In this document: piece after piece, positions 26,266 to 40,703 of the stretch
Layout of the letters: each line of letters opens with the position of its first letter
Numbering within the stretch: position 1 is the stretch's first letter
Assembly (NCBI RefSeq): GCF_016433145.1
Contig: NC_058131.1
Location: 506,418,698-506,482,697 of the forward strand
Direction of reading: 5' to 3'
Length of the DNA: 64,000 nucleotides
From: Gracilinanus agilis
Taxonomy: Eukaryota
Notes under the pieces: generated by a model
The model's input: only the letters and a program-made list of their open reading frames with translations
What the model was told of the DNA's origin: nothing
Database searches by the model: none
Made by a program: the position numbers and the translations under genes

Positions 26266-27959
26266 ATGGCACAGTTTGGAAATGATAGCCAGGAAGTGAT
26301 CATTTTAGGTAAATGATATGATGAAAGCTCTCCTGTTTGAGCTTAGCATCCCAGGGGCAGAATCCAAGGTGTGTGCTCTTGTGTATTGGGCTGGGGGAGG
26401 GTGGGGGTGTTAGAGCAGTGGGGAAAAGTGAGAGATGAGGATGATGATTAGAGAAAAGACTGCATAGTTTGGAAATAGTAGTGGAGCGTAACATATGAGG
26501 GGGTCAGACTACATAATCTCCAAAATCCACTAACTTGAAATCTTTACATTTTTCTCTCCAGAAGGATAATAGATCAAAGGGAAAAGATAATTGATTTAGA
26601 TTTGGAAGGGACCGGAGAGCTCATCTAGTCCAATGATTCTATTTTACAGATAAGATAACTGAGGCCCAAAAAGTTAAAGTGACTTTCTCAAGGTCATATA
26701 AGTATCAGTAGCAGAGCTTAGATTTTAATCTAGGACTGCTGACTCGAAATTCAATATTCTTTCCACTCTTTTAAATTACCTCAGATCCTCCATCCCCATC
26801 TCCAACCTCCAAAGTACGTGGGATTATTGATTAATATCATCTAAGTGTTGCTTCCTGTTCTTTTGATCTGATTATTTGCTGCACTCTTTCTTCTAAGGAG
26901 GCTACTTAAAGGAACTCAAATTACAGCCTGAAAGCTACACAGAAGACCACTTCACCCATTTAGAAGGGTCACTCTCAATGGCTTAATTAAAGTTCTTACA
27001 TTGGTTGTCCATAATCTAAATGACCAGCTTTCCTAGAATAACCAGCAAACACAGTAGGGACCAAGACTGTGAATTAAGTTTCCCTTTAAATCTCACCTTT
27101 GTGAACATAACCCTGTGTCCCTTTCATTATTTAATTGTCACATGGGAACCAAAGGAGGTCTGGACCTAAGCCTGGGTTTACCTACTCCAATTCCAACAAA
27201 GCTCACTATTGCATTGATTTTTTTAAAAGACTGGACTGGAAGTATCAGACAACTCCTAGAGCTAATCTCATTAACAATTGTTACAGGAGTATTGATTTAT
27301 TCCTTTAAAAACCTTAGTCCATTCAACAAACCTTAGACAACCTGATGGTCCCAAGCTCCCAGAGATGACCATTTTGATGCCAAACTTAATGTGGACAACC
27401 TATCAGCATAACCCACTACAGCACAGAACTCCCCATCTCAAGAAATTGATGAGCCTCAGCCTTCCAGGTACCTATCGTCAAAACTCATCCTGTCAAACAG
27501 CGTTGCTTAGAGTTTGTCCTGCTAGACTTTCATGGAGAGGTGTGCTTGATTGATCTTGCTCTCTCAATCCACTTTTCTCCACCTTAATTAAAAAGAATGC
27601 CCAATTAAAAGTAGAAAATAACCCTTCCCATTAAAGAAAGAACCATTCTCTGAAAGTACAGAGGAAATGGTTTGTTAGCCAGATTCCTGGGTAGTTTAGA
27701 GGGAGAAAAACAAATCATGCCCCAACAATGGTAACTCTTGGCTAAGGGCCTACAGAGGAGGCATTTAATGAAGCTCAAGTGTAGATGCTATTGGACCTTC
27801 TCAGACCTCTGGCCCTTCATTTCTACAACCTAACAAAAACAGGGGGAAAAAAATTAATGAATTGTCATTCAGACTCTCCTGCAGAGAATGACTAAAACGT
27901 TGTCCTCTTTGACTCAGATCTCACTGCTAGGCATGAACTCTGTGGATTGTTAATGACAA

Positions 27960-28340
27960 CAAGAAAGACCCAATATTCACCAAAATATTTATAGCAGCAC
28001 TATTTACTGTGGCAAAGAACTGGAAATAAAATAAATGCCTGTTGATTGTGGTATGGCTAAACAAGTTGTGGTCCGTTAATATAAGAGAAGACTCTGGGTC
28101 AATTAAATAAACACATGGGAAGATTTACATGAACTGAAACAAAGTGAAGTAGACATTGCCAGGAAAGTAACATGCATAGTAACTACAACAAAATGAATGG
28201 AAAGAACAATGGAAACTTAATGCCATAAAAATATAATGACAAAACTTGGCCTTAAGGAGATATTGGGGGACAGCTAGGTGGCTCAGTGGATTGACATGGG
28301 AGGTCCTAGGTTCACATCTGGCCTCAGACACTTCCTAGCT
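27960..28340 (+). mobile_element. L1 3' fragment followed by a 3'-truncated SINE head (about 28265-28340)
   Basis: tatttatagcagcactatttactgtggcaaagaactggaaa (L1), then gggggacagctaggtggctcagtggattg..ggttcacatctggcctcagacacttcctagct. Confidence 0.75.
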
Positions 28341-30470
28341 TTTCACCAGTTACTTCTTCAAGACCCAGAGGGAAAGATAGCTGGACAGACTGCTTTACAA
28401 CTTTTGGAGCTCTAGCCCATTTCTGGCCCTATTCAAAAAAAGGGAGACTTGCTGGTGTCTTGATAAATGGAGATCTTTAAAGTACCCAGGTGGGTAATGT
28501 TGGGTCTAAAACTCAGAGTCCAAAAAGACTCCAGACTTCCTTTACAGGCTAAGGGGGAACAAATATCAGTTGCTTATCCTGGATTATAATCCTTGCTATC
28601 CCAACCCCCAAGTGGCCCAATTTGGTTTTTCCAACACCCTCATAGGCTAATTAGCAATCATCTTTTCAACCCTATGTTTCTAAAGCTACAGGAGAAGAGA
28701 TCATCGCCCCTGGCCCCCATCACCTAATGGTGGGAAAAGGAGTGGGGTACTAGGATAAGTCCAAGACTTTCTTATCAGGGTAGTTCTTGCTCTCATCCTC
28801 TTCTTAATATGGTAGTGAGAACAGTACCTCCTCCCATTATCCAAAGAGCATCTATTTGATTGATGAGCCATGTTTGTCCTGCTAATCAGAAAGTCTTTCC
28901 TAATCTGTTTTTCAAATTTTACTAGTTTACTGAATCTATATGGTAGTGGGGGAGGTAGGGAGAAGCCCCAGTAATGATTGGTGCCATTCAGGTGGGGCTC
29001 CTCTAATTGCTCTTGAAACAGGCTAGTCACAGGTGAGGAAAGGGATGGAAGAAACATAAATCCAGTTCACCAATCTCTTTAGGAATTTCACCTCCTCTCT
29101 TCCTTACCCTCATTGGGAAACTGCCACAGAGAAGATTCATCTTTGTGGGGACAGGGATGCAGAACTCCCCATTTAGCCACCTAAAAGAGGGACAAAGTAT
29201 ATTTTCCATCAGCATGTCTAAGTGATTTAACTGGCTTTTCTAAAATAAATATCTTACCGACCTCCCTAAAAGACCAGAATTCTGCAGCCATCCATGTTCT
29301 ACATTGCTCTCCCCCACCCCATTTGATCATACTCTGACTAGCCATTCTTTTAATGACTTCTTAAGTTGCTGATTGTAAAACTCTTCTGTGGCCTCTCAAA
29401 TTCCTTGATGGTGGAAGTCTGAAAGTCTACTTACCCTGTAACCTCCCTTTAGAGGCAATCCTTTTAGGGGGGCAGAGAAGGGAAAGGAGAGTGAGATAGT
29501 AGGATAAGTCCAAGACTCTCTTACCAGTGGCAGTGCTCGCTCTTATTGCCTTCCTTTCTAGTCTTGGTCTCAATGGCATTCAAAATTTCTTCCGTGGGAA
29601 CTTTTTAGGGGGGAGGAGGCCAGGACTAGTCACCTCCCACCCTAACTTTGCCTTTTTTCACCTGTGCTATTACTATATCCAAAAATTTCCCTTTTGCCTT
29701 CAAGGAACAAAGCCTAAAAACTAAAAAGCCCATCTGCGTCTCTAATTACTGAATGCACAAAAATAATTTATTTCAATTTTCTACATGCTAGTGATACAGC
29801 TCTAAAATTTTTATTGAGACTAATACTTCCTATTTTCCTTATTAAGTTCCTCCAAGAGCCATAGGGCTAATCTAATGGGTCATGGGGTGTGACTTAGTGG
29901 GAGAGATGAGAGGAGGGCAGAGGTGAGTGGGGGGCCATTTTCAAAAGCTAATAGAAGCAAATGTAAAATCTATATGAGATTGCTTAGCATCTTTAGGAGA
30001 GTGCGAGGTTAGCAGAGAGAGAGGGAGAGAGAATTTGACTTAATATTCTTTGGAAAAAGTTGGGAACTGTTTTTATATGTAATTAGTGAAAAATTAAATT
30101 AAATCACAAGCTACAAATAGCTATGGAAACTATATAAATGCTAGTTATTATAATTCATGTTTATGACTCTAAACCACATTGTCTTCTTATTAACTTTCTT
30201 AAAGACCAATAGGGCTAATCCAATGGGTAGGAACAGGACGTCTTTCTCTTATTGAGAGGGATCCCTATATACAGCTCAAAAGACCACAAGCACACAGTGC
30301 CAGACTCCTGTATCTGTTCATACCATCACCTAAAACTACTCTTCTTCCACCTTGCCTTTTCCCCATTTCAACCATGGAAAGTTAACCACAAAGCCATTAT
30401 GATCCTGTCCTGCCAACTAATGTCGAATGTTTTGGGCCAGGACTACTTTAGGTCGTCCTAATTACTAGGA
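28340..30470 (-). mobile_element. Unclassified, possibly ERV/LTR-derived relic with internal duplications
   Basis: Not LINE- or SINE-like; contains two diverged duplicated motifs; possible decayed gag-like start (MGSSAS). No intact ORF. Confidence 0.3.
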
Positions 30471-31559
30471 TTGGAACTCAATGAAACATGTATAGAACTC
30501 TCAGCAAGCCACTTAAACCTTTTTACCTCAGTTTCCTCATCTGGAAAAATGAGCTAAAAAAAAGGAAATTTCAAAATTGCTTCTGTAATTTTTCCAAGAA
30601 CACCCCCAAATGGGGTCACAAAGTGTCAGACATGGCTTAACTGACTTAATAAGAAGTTGAGGATTCCATTTCCATGCTACTATTTAAACACTGAAAGGGA
30701 TAAAAGAATTACTCATTTCTTCATTTGGGGGGAGGTCTTAGGGTCTGTTGAGTTAATTATATGACTACGTTAACTTGATATATTTTATTTAACTTAATGA
30801 TTTTCCACATGGAGCTAATCAGCTGTTACTGAGTTTTGATAGAAAGAGCATAATGTTTAAAAAAAAATAAATGAATGAATGGCTTGGAACTCAGTGGGAA
30901 AATTCAGAGCTGGAAAATCCCCAGTCACTTCAGACAGAGAGGAGGGCCTTCGTGAAAGTTCATCTCTCTAGGAGATGTCTGAGGATTAATTAGCCTGACT
31001 GTCATCAGGGCCTTCTTCCTCTTTTGAAAGCTGCAAGGAGAAAAACAACATTTTGATAAAATGGAAAGGAGCAATGAGAGTCAGAAGACCAATAAATGTG
31101 TTTTATCAATAAATATCTATTAAAATGTTACAGATTTAAAGATCATCTTTAATGTTTTGTTGTTCAGATACACCTGACTCTTTGTGTTTCAATGTGGGAT
31201 TTTCTAGGCAGAGATACTGGAGTTGTTTGCTATTTCCTTCTCCAACTCATTAAAGATAAGAAAACTGAGGCAAATCGGGTTAAGTGACTTGCCCAGGGTC
31301 ACACAACTAGTAAGTGTCTGAGGCTAAGTTTGAATTCTGGAAAATGAGTCTTCCTAACATTCCTGGCCCCGTACTCTATCTACTACCTAGGAGAGAAAAG
31401 TCATCCCTTCCATAATGATTTCCCAATAGCCCTCATTCCCTTCCAACTTATGCAGCATTTTGTTTTGTACCTCTTCTGCTTATCATGTGATATTGTTTTA
31501 TGATTTTTTTTGCTTATTACCACCACTAGAGGAACCATATGTTAGCAAATCTTTATACT

Positions 31560-34450
31560 TCTGGATGGGCCTAGCAGAGTGTTCTGTACACCACAGACAA
31601 TTTTTTTAAAAAGTTTATTCTGAACTTAATAAACAACAGGGGAAAAACACATTTCTATATACAAAGCAATAATACTAATAATAATAGTAACAATAATAAT
31701 AACTTAGCCCTTATAGCACTTTAAGGTTTACAAAGTGCTTTACAAATATTATCCCATTTTATCCTCACAAGAACCCTAGGAGGTAGGTGCTACTTTTATC
31801 CCTCAGGAAATCGAGGAAGTCAGAGGTTACACAACTAGTAAATGTTGGAGGCTGAACTTAAACTCAAAATTTCCTGATGTTAAGACTAATCTCCATCCAT
31901 TTCACCATCTGGCTGACCCAAATAGAAAACAGAAAGAGTATACAAAATGTATCTATTCCATATTGCTTGGGTTTTTTCTTTAAGTATGTAATAATTTCAA
32001 CCAATTGTTTAAAAAACTGTTCTACTTATCAGTGATCCTTCATATTCTTGTATACACTTTTAAATGTTTTGAATATTTTCTTTCTTCTTTTTAGGGGTGA
32101 GGGGAATGCCCATTGCTTCATCATAGGTTCTCTGGAGACATAGTTGGCCATTGTTTTGATCCGAGTTCTCAGTGTTATCAATGTTATAAACTGTCCTGGT
32201 TCTATTCACTGCATTAGTTCATACTTGCCAGGATTCCTGAAATAATCTCTTTTGCTATTTCATATGACACATTTCATTACATTCCTATTTTACAACTTAT
32301 TCAGCCATTCCCCCGATTGACAAGCCTTTTTTTTTTTTTTTCATCTCCAGTTCTTTGATTATATTTTTTCTCCCTTTTTACAACCCTCTTGGATCAGGAA
32401 GCTTGCTGTACTTGTGACTACTCCTTTCCTAAATTTCTCTCCTTCCATATCCCAATCTGATCTGGTGTTGAGTTTTATGTACTTGTATACCAAACTCTTG
32501 ATGTGCCTGTCCATGTTCAGGCACCTTGTCTGGTTCACATAAAAATGTGGTTCATTTAATGCCTTCGCCTTTTCTTTAATCCATATTTGTATACTCTTCT
32601 TTTAATGAACTCCAATTATAAGAAATAATAATTTCAATCCTTTCTTCTTCCTTTCTAAAGTATTCTTTTTATTCTCTTGCCTCTTTCCCCTCTTAAAACC
32701 CTCAGAGGTATTCTACCATCCAGGTCCTCCAATTTTCTTATTTAATTCCATCGATAAACTTGGAAGACATTAAAGTTCTCAAGAAATATTTGTTTCCAGG
32801 AACAGCTAGATGACTCAGCGAATTGAGATCCAGCCTAGAGGTGGGAGGTCCTGGGTTCAAATCTAGACTCAAGACACTTTCTAGCTGGGTAACCCTGAGC
32901 AAGTCACTTCACCTTCATTGGCTAACCCTTGCCACTCTTCTGCCTTGCAACCAATACAGAAAGTAAGAGTTTTAAAAAAATAAACACTTGCTTCTTTTCC
33001 CTCTATTAGAACATTAGCGTTCATCATCATTTATTTCTTTTACATTGCTCAAAATGCATTTACATTTCTAGACCCTCATATTTGCATTTTATAGTTCCTA
33101 TTCACCTCTAGTATTTTAATCAGTAATATTTGAGAGAGATCTATTCCATTAAAGGACCATTTCCCCTCTTAAAGAGAATATTCAGCATTTGCAGGGTCAG
33201 TTATTCTTAGTGAATCTATTTTTGGAATATTATATTACATTATATTTGGAATATCATATTACAAGATCCTATGTACCAGATCTTGTGTGATTTTGACAAT
33301 GGTTCCTTGATACTTTGATTCTGGGTGCTTGTAATGTTTTATCCTTTGATGTGAATTTTAGTTATGACATTCTGGGAAATTTTCCTATTTCATTCTTTTT
33401 TTCCTTTCTAATCCTTTTTTCCCAATTATATGTGGAAATATTTTAACAATTGTTTTCTGACCTTTTGCAATCCAAATTCTTTCTCTCCCTCCTTCTTCTC
33501 CCCACTCCCCACATGGTAAACAATCTAATATATCTATTTTTTCAATAGATAATTGATGGATCCTTTCTAGTTCCATTTTGTCATCTATTAATTATATCAT
33601 GGAAATTTTCATTTGTGATTTATTGAAATGTGAATCATGGTTTCCAGAGGATCCTGTGATTCTTCAGTTGTCCTTGAACAGTTTTTCAGTTATGTTAGTT
33701 TTGGTAGCATGTCTTCAAGCTTTTGCTCTTCTAATATTTCTTGATGTCTCACAAAGTCATTGATTTCTCTCTGGTGAATTCTAATTTGCAAGGAGTACAT
33801 CACTTGGCTAAAATTTGCCACTTTTTGTTCAAAGCTATTTATTACCTCTTCAAATCCTTTCCTTCAGAGCTTTTATTTCATTTTAAAACTTCTTGCTTCA
33901 TTTCTTCTAGATATTAATGTTGTCTGTGTTGAAAATACTTTTTTCCCATTGAGTATTTACTAACAGTTGTTATGGAGATAGTTCTATCCTTTTAGGTTAA
34001 TATCTTTGGCTTTATCATAATCCTTTGTTGTAATCTGTTTCTTCTTTGGTATATTCATCTCTCCATCTTTAGTTCCCAAGTTGTGGCTTATGTCAGGGCC
34101 ATATTCTGCCCTTGGCAGGTGGAGTGGTTGGTCCTGCTTTGGTTGGATGGACCTGGGCCATTTCAGTTCCTACACAGACTTCTACCTTCCATGCTTATAT
34201 ACCCCACTCCAGCATCTTTTAAGGTCCAAAATTCTTGATCTTTAGAGCCCCTGAAGGTGTCTCAAGAAAAATACCAGACCTGGGCTCAGAGGTCTGATGT
34301 TGGTTTTGCTCTAGGTCCCTTTGGCTTCTGGCTCACTTGTGTAGTTCAGTAGTGGGTTAAGTCACTTACTATAGTTTCTAATTGAATTTCTTGATCATCA
34401 CTCAGTCTGTTATTAACTTTTTTTGTTGAAGTAGGAGTGGGGATACCTGC
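31560..34450 (-). mobile_element. Long degenerate L1 relic interrupted by a SINE (about 32798-32985, +)
   Basis: Antisense L1 3' UTR through ORF1-region text; the SINE has a head, CORE and gtaagagttttaaaaaaa tail. Confidence 0.7.
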
Positions 34451-35199
34451 TTATATTTGTGTACACATCTTGCCCCAAAGTCACCAAAATGTTTAATAAA
34501 TGCTAGTGGAATTATATTTTATTGAATCTCAGTTTGCATTATGGCTCTGAGTAAATCATTTTCAGCCCCTTCTGGCACAGTTAACTGATCTATAAAATTA
34601 AGATAATATTGCTTTTATTTCCTATCTCACAAGGCTATTTTTGGGGAAAAGTTTAATTTATAATGCTATTAAAATGTGAGTGGTGATGATAATGATGATA
34701 ATGGTGGTGTAATGAACTAATTAAGTTCAGCAAACAGTCATCTCCTATATGAAAATGTGCTGTGATAAGCAATGGTAAAAATGAAAAGACAAAAAATGAC
34801 ACCATCCCAGCCCTCACAGGCTTATCATCCAATAGGAAAATAAATATAAGCACAAAATAAGTATAACACAAAGTGTGGTGTGCTAGAACAGGAATTCTTA
34901 ATCTGGAATTTGTGGATAGATTTTAGAAGGTTCATGAATTTGGACAGAAAGAACTATATCTTTAGTTTCACTAAACTCTAGTTCAAATTCAGAATTTCCT
35001 TCAATTATTTAAAGACCTTATTCTGAGAACAGGTCCAAAGGTTTCCCCAAACTACCAATGGATCCATAACACACAAACAAAAAGATTTTAGGTCGAAGAA
35101 AATGAGTTCAGAAAAAAATGTTATCAATTTAAGAAAAGAGAGAGATCATCTCTAATAGAAATGTCAAGAAAAGTCCCATATACCTCCAGATTGTCAGAA

Positions 35200-37450
35200 T
35201 TAGAAGAAACCACAGAGCCCATATGGTACAACTCAGAGTATAAGAAGCTCTTCTACTACATCACTGGCAAATGGCCATCTAACCTTTCCTTGGATACTTT
35301 CAATGAGGGGAAACACATTGCCTCATTGAAACAGCTCATTCCTCTTTTGGATATCTATAAGCATTAGGAAGATTTCATAGTCTTCCATTGACCTCATAAA
35401 TGAGCTTTGTAAACCTGCCCCACTGTACCTGATTTTGCCTTTGGGAATCAAGCCAAGCAGTTCTACTCCATCAGCTACATGAAAAGGCTTCAAGTACTTG
35501 AAGACTGCTAATTAATGCTTTCCTAAGTTTCTTCTTCTCCAAATTAAAATTCTATTGCTTTAATCCACAAGTAGAATGATCTTGACCATCTCAGTCACTC
35601 TCCTCTGCAAGTACTCTAATTTATAAATATCTTTGCTAGAATATAACCCACAGAAATGAACATCATACTTGACATGTGATCTGATCAGGGTACAGAATAT
35701 TGAGACTAACACAACCTCTCAAATCCTGGTCACTATGTCTCTGTTGTACCCACTGAATTATCCTTTAGAATAAAGAATGAAAAAGAGGAGAAATTTGAGC
35801 AAAAATAATCAACATATCAAGTAATTCTGACTTTATATGTAGTATTCCAACCCATTTTTTACCACCTCTAAAAAGCCTTGGGGGACGTATCTTCTTCTGT
35901 CTCTTCTCTGAAGCCAGGCTTGATCCTTATGGTTTCATAGCACTTAGTTTCCATGATCTTCTTGTTCTTTCTTTTCACTTTGTTGTAGTTATTGTGTATA
36001 TTGTTTTCCTGGTTCTGCTTTACTTCATTTTGCATCAGTTCATAGAAATTTTCCCATTCTTCTTTGTGTTCACCACATCCAATGTCTAGCCATTAACTGA
36101 CAGGCATTTTACTTTGTTTCTGATTCTTTGCTACTACCAAAAGCATAGCTTAATATTTTGATGTTTATTGGATCTTTTTTTTTGTTATCAATGACTTCCT
36201 TGTGATAGATGCCTAATACTGGGATCTCTGAGTCAAATTATATGGATATTTTAGTCACTATCTTCACATAGATCCAGATTGCTTTCCAACATAGTTGGGC
36301 CCATTCACAGCTCCCACCAACGGTGCACTAGTGAGACTGTCTTATAACAGACACTCCAAATTAGTTATTGTCATCTTGTGTTATCTTTGTACATTTGTTA
36401 GGTAGGAAGTATATCTTCAGAGGTTTATAATTTGCATTTTTAATATATTTTCTTTTCTTGCTATAATGTAAGACCACATTAACTTTTTGGGAGGAGGAGC
36501 TGCTATGGCACATTATAATAACTAAAAATTCAGCTCTTCAAATGAACTACTAACTAGTGATGTTTCTCCTATCTCATACTTGTTAATTTATTAACGTAGA
36601 ATTACACTTATAACTATTATAATTCATCTTATTTGACAGAATAATCTAAACAAGTCCTATCATCAGCTCTGTTAGGTCTTTTTCCTAGTTTTGTATTATC
36701 TGCAAATTTGATAAGTACACAATCCTATATATTTTTCCAAGTCAATAATAAAAATATTAAAATATCCCAAGGCCAAGGATAGGACCCTGTGGTACTGCAC
36801 TGAAAAACATGTTTTCAAGAATCCATTGAATCATTAGAGATTACTATACAAGCCTAACAATTCAACTTATTTTAAATGCCACTTAACTATTATTAAAGCT
36901 AACATCTCTTCATCTTTTTCCATAAGAATGGCACAAGTTACTTTGCCAAGTGCAGTCTAAAAATCTAAATGAATTATATCTGTAGCATTCTTCAAATATT
37001 TCTAAAGAATCCAGTTTGTATCTAGTTTCCTCTTCCAGATATTTACTAAGCATCCCTTCAATAATAATTCTAGAATTTTTTTAGAAAATCAAAGTCAACT
37101 ATAGTTTATATAATGTCCTATAGTCTCCAGACTCCATTTTCTTCTTTTCTTGAAAACTGGGAAAATGTTTGTAATTCTCTAATCTTGCTTTATCTATCCC
37201 ACCCATCATAGTTTTTCAGAGTCTGAAAAATCAGATCTACCAGTTCTTTCAGTACTATAAGATAGTGTTCATCTAAGTCTAGTTACTTGAACTTATCATC
37301 TAGGATATTTAGGCGTTATCTTAATCTTTCCCTATTTACCTTGGATATAGACTTTTATTAACCATTTTTGTTCTGTCCTTTCTAGTTCTAGTCTTTGGTA
37401 GAAAAGGTAGAAGCATAATAGGAGTTGTGACCATTATTTCTTTGTTTTTT
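35200..37450 (-). mobile_element. CR1/L3 LINE relic split by an L1 3' fragment (about 35750-36470)
   Basis: Minus strand near 36800-36680 reads SAVPQGPILG..NIFIIDL..LIKFADNTKLG, the CR1 RT motifs GVPQGSVLGP / FADDTKL. Confidence 0.85.
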
Positions 37451-38296
37451 AGAGAAAGTTATACAAGTTGAGTCTAGAATGAAGTAAAAGCTATCTGTGG
37501 GCAGAAACGAGGGGGAATACATTCTGGTTTAAGGACAAGAGAAAAATCACAGAAAATCTACTAATATAATGTGACTGTCTGTGTGGAGAGAAGACTAAAC
37601 GAAGACTGGAAAGACAGATGGAAGCCAAATCGTGGAAAGCTTTGGATGTCCAGCTAAGGTGTTTGTATTTTATAGTAAAAGTAACAAAAGCCACTGAAGG
37701 TTTTTGACTAAAAGAATGAGATAGTCAAAACTTAGAACATTATTTTGGCAACTGTGTGAAAGATGGATTAAAGAGTCTAGAGACTAGAAGCAAGGAGAGA
37801 AATTAAGAAGCTATTGCAGTAATTTAATTAAAAGATGATAAGGGCCTCAACTAAGAAGATGGTCCCAAAAAGAGAGGATAGATATGAACCTCGGGTCTAT
37901 TTTTTTTAGTTTTGCCTGGTCAAATGATCACTTTCTTCCCTACCTGCTGCTTCCTAGCCCCAAGACTGTGAATAATTTCCCTCATTCACCAAATTCTAGG
38001 AACTTGGTGTATTTGTATAAGATTATTTTGGATATTTGAGTAAAAAAGTTTGAAATTAAGCCCTGAAACTGATACTTACCAATTTCATGACCCTTGGTAG
38101 CCCTAGCATTTTGGGCTTCCAAAGTCTGAATGAGGTGAATGCATACACTATCTTTTTAACCCCTTGATTTAATAGTAATTATCTGGCTTTCCTACCGACA
38201 CCTCAAGGAAAGGATGTAGAATTGCATAGGTCTGTGGTTTTTTTTTTTTAATTTCTATTATTCTAAAAGTAGATTTTTATAAAAACAAAAACATCT

Positions 38297-38498
38297 GGTG
38301 GGGGTAAGCTAAGTGGCTCAGTGGATTTAGAGCCAGGCCCAAAGATGGGAGGTCCTGGGGTTTAAACCTGGCCTTAGACCTTAAACCTAGCTGGGTGACC
38401 CTGAGCAAATCACTTAACCCCCATTGCCTAGCCCTTACTACTCTTCTGTCTTGGAACTGATACACTGTATTAGATTCGGAAGGTAAGAGTTTAAAAAA
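38297..38498 (+). mobile_element. tRNA-headed SINE (opossum SINE1-like)
   Basis: Full head, core and tail; imperfect TSD aaaa(c)atctgg on both sides. Confidence 0.85.
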
Positions 38499-40478
38499 AA
38501 TCTGGCTCAGTAGGCAGAAGTATTTAGTATCATTTATGCAGCCTCCTAAGACTGATTATGCTCCTTGCCATTTTTTGTGCTTTTGACAATCCATTTCAAG
38601 AATATTTGAAAATATCGTTTGGAACGGAACCTAAATAGTTCTTATCAACAATCACAGGACAGTCTGCCACAGAAGATCTTAGGGAACAGGTACAAACTAC
38701 CCACAATCTAACATCCCAAAAGGATCAGGTAAATGAGGGAGTGTTGTCTGAATGATATCTAAGGTTTCTTCCATCTCTATATCTATATGACTAAGAAGGA
38801 AAATAATTTGCAAAATGATTTGAAATAGCAAAGAGCACTGTGTCAAGTTACTTAATCTTTCTGAGCCTCAATTTTCCTCTTCTGTAAAATGAGGTACTTG
38901 AACAAGATGGCTTCTTAGAACCCTTTTGGTTCTCCATCTATTATTCTACAACGATCAGTGGGAAGATGTAGAATCAAATTCCAGCTCAAACACTTGCATG
39001 CTGTGTTACTGCAGGCAAGGCACTTGTTCTCTTTAAATATGTTTCCTCAAATAAAAAATGAGGAATAATAATATTTGTATTATTGTCTTGACTTTGCATT
39101 GAAAGAGCTTTGTAACTGCAAAGCACTCTATAAATGTGAGCTATTATTATTCCTCCATCCAGTGTACAGGTGATCCTGGATTCTCAAAAGTGATGCCAAT
39201 GGAGCACAGAACCTTGAAGGTGCACCCAAGTTTCAAATATGAACTTGGTAGGGATGCACTTTGTCCAAGGACCAGCCTGGCTTAATGCAGAGAGACATCA
39301 CTACCAAGATTTGTGTTTGTTTTTGTAATACTACCACATGCAATCTCAAGTTAAAAGAGACTACAACTTGCACTGATGGAAAGAATATCCATACTAATGA
39401 AATCATAGATCATCATCACCATCATCATATCATTAGTCTAAAAAATACAACGTCTAAAATGTGTGAAGCTGTCAGAGAACACCATTCAGTCCTGGGTCAA
39501 TTTATCTGACCTACAAATTTGTTACAGACCCACTAAACTCCTGAAAAAAAAGGCATTATTATTTTAGCTCTTTTCAATGAGATATATTGTTATATAGATA
39601 ACATTATAAAATCATATAAATTTAGAAAAGAATCCTCTGTTGGTCAAATCTAGCTTGACTTTTATGACATTTTTGTGTCTTTTGGGTCTAATCAGGCCCT
39701 GTTACATTATAGAAAGAATATTAGATTAAACTTCAGAACTGGATTCTAATCGCTATTCTATCATTTACTAGCTATATGACATTGGACAAGTTTCTTCACT
39801 TTTCTAGGCCTCAGGTTCTATGTATGAAAAATGAAACATATGGTCTCTAACATATTCTAAGTTTCCTCCGAAGTTCTATGGTCTCAGGACCCTACCAATG
39901 ATCTCATGTTCTAATGTCTATGTTCTAAGGCCTCATCCAGCTTGGTCAGTCTGTGAATGAATATTAGTTACCGTGACCTTTAAGACACTTTTCAACTTTC
40001 AGTAAGAGAGGAGGAAAACCATTATTTAGATGAAAATGTAGATATGTTTGAGAAAAAAGGGGAAGAAAATATTCACAATGATTATTGCTAAGAACTAGAT
40101 GAACTAATCCTGAAATTTGGGGTGTGTAGAACTTGTAATCCCCATCTGACCATGAAGTTGAATTTACCCAGAAGAAATCAATTTCATTTAGGTATAAAAT
40201 GGATGAGGTTTCCTGCTGAATAATTTATTTTTAAAATGTGGGTCACTGATAACCCTTTGGCTGATAGCATTTATACAGGGCATCAAGGTTTGCCAAGTGC
40301 TCTACAGCACAGTGCCTGAAGTGTAGCAAATACTTAATAAGCACATGCTGACTTGATGTGACTCATGCTATCTTATTTGATCTTCATAACAATACTGCGA
40401 GGCAAGTACTATTATGGCACTAATTTCACTGATGAGGAAACAAATTCAGAAAGAATAAAGTATCTGATTTCCCTAGGG

Positions 40479-40703
40479 CTGTGTTGGTGAGCCCATGGCA
40501 TGCATGCCCCTGCATGCTGGAGGGAGCTGCTCCAGTTCCCCCTCTCCACAGCACCTGAGGACATTTCTCACATTGCTCACCCTCCTGCCCAGTCGCCCTA
40601 TAAGAGTACTTCTCCCTGCCTCATCTGGGGTAATACAGGGGGCTCACAGGTGGCTTGAGGGTGCCATTTGGGCATGAGATCTCTAAAAGGTTTGCCAACA
40701 CTG
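40479..40703. mobile_element. hAT MITE, 225 bp, with TIRs and 8-bp TSD
   Basis: Terminal inverted repeats (TIRs) ctgtgttggtgagcc / ggtttgccaacactg; TSD ccctaggg (40471-40478) / ccctaggt (40704-40711). Confidence 0.9.

Noticed and set aside
27363-27467. Possible plus-strand exon (DDHFDAKLNVDNLSA*PTTAQNSPSQEIDEPQPS)
   Set aside because: In-frame stop, weak polypyrimidine tract and weak donor (GTACCT); no partner exons.
28701-29057. 118-aa minus-strand ORF
   Set aside because: Non-ATG start, no recognisable domain; lies within the probable TE relic.
39261-39509. ORF with His run (DHHHHHHII)
   Set aside because: Short (CAT/CAC)n microsatellite; no splice or homology support.
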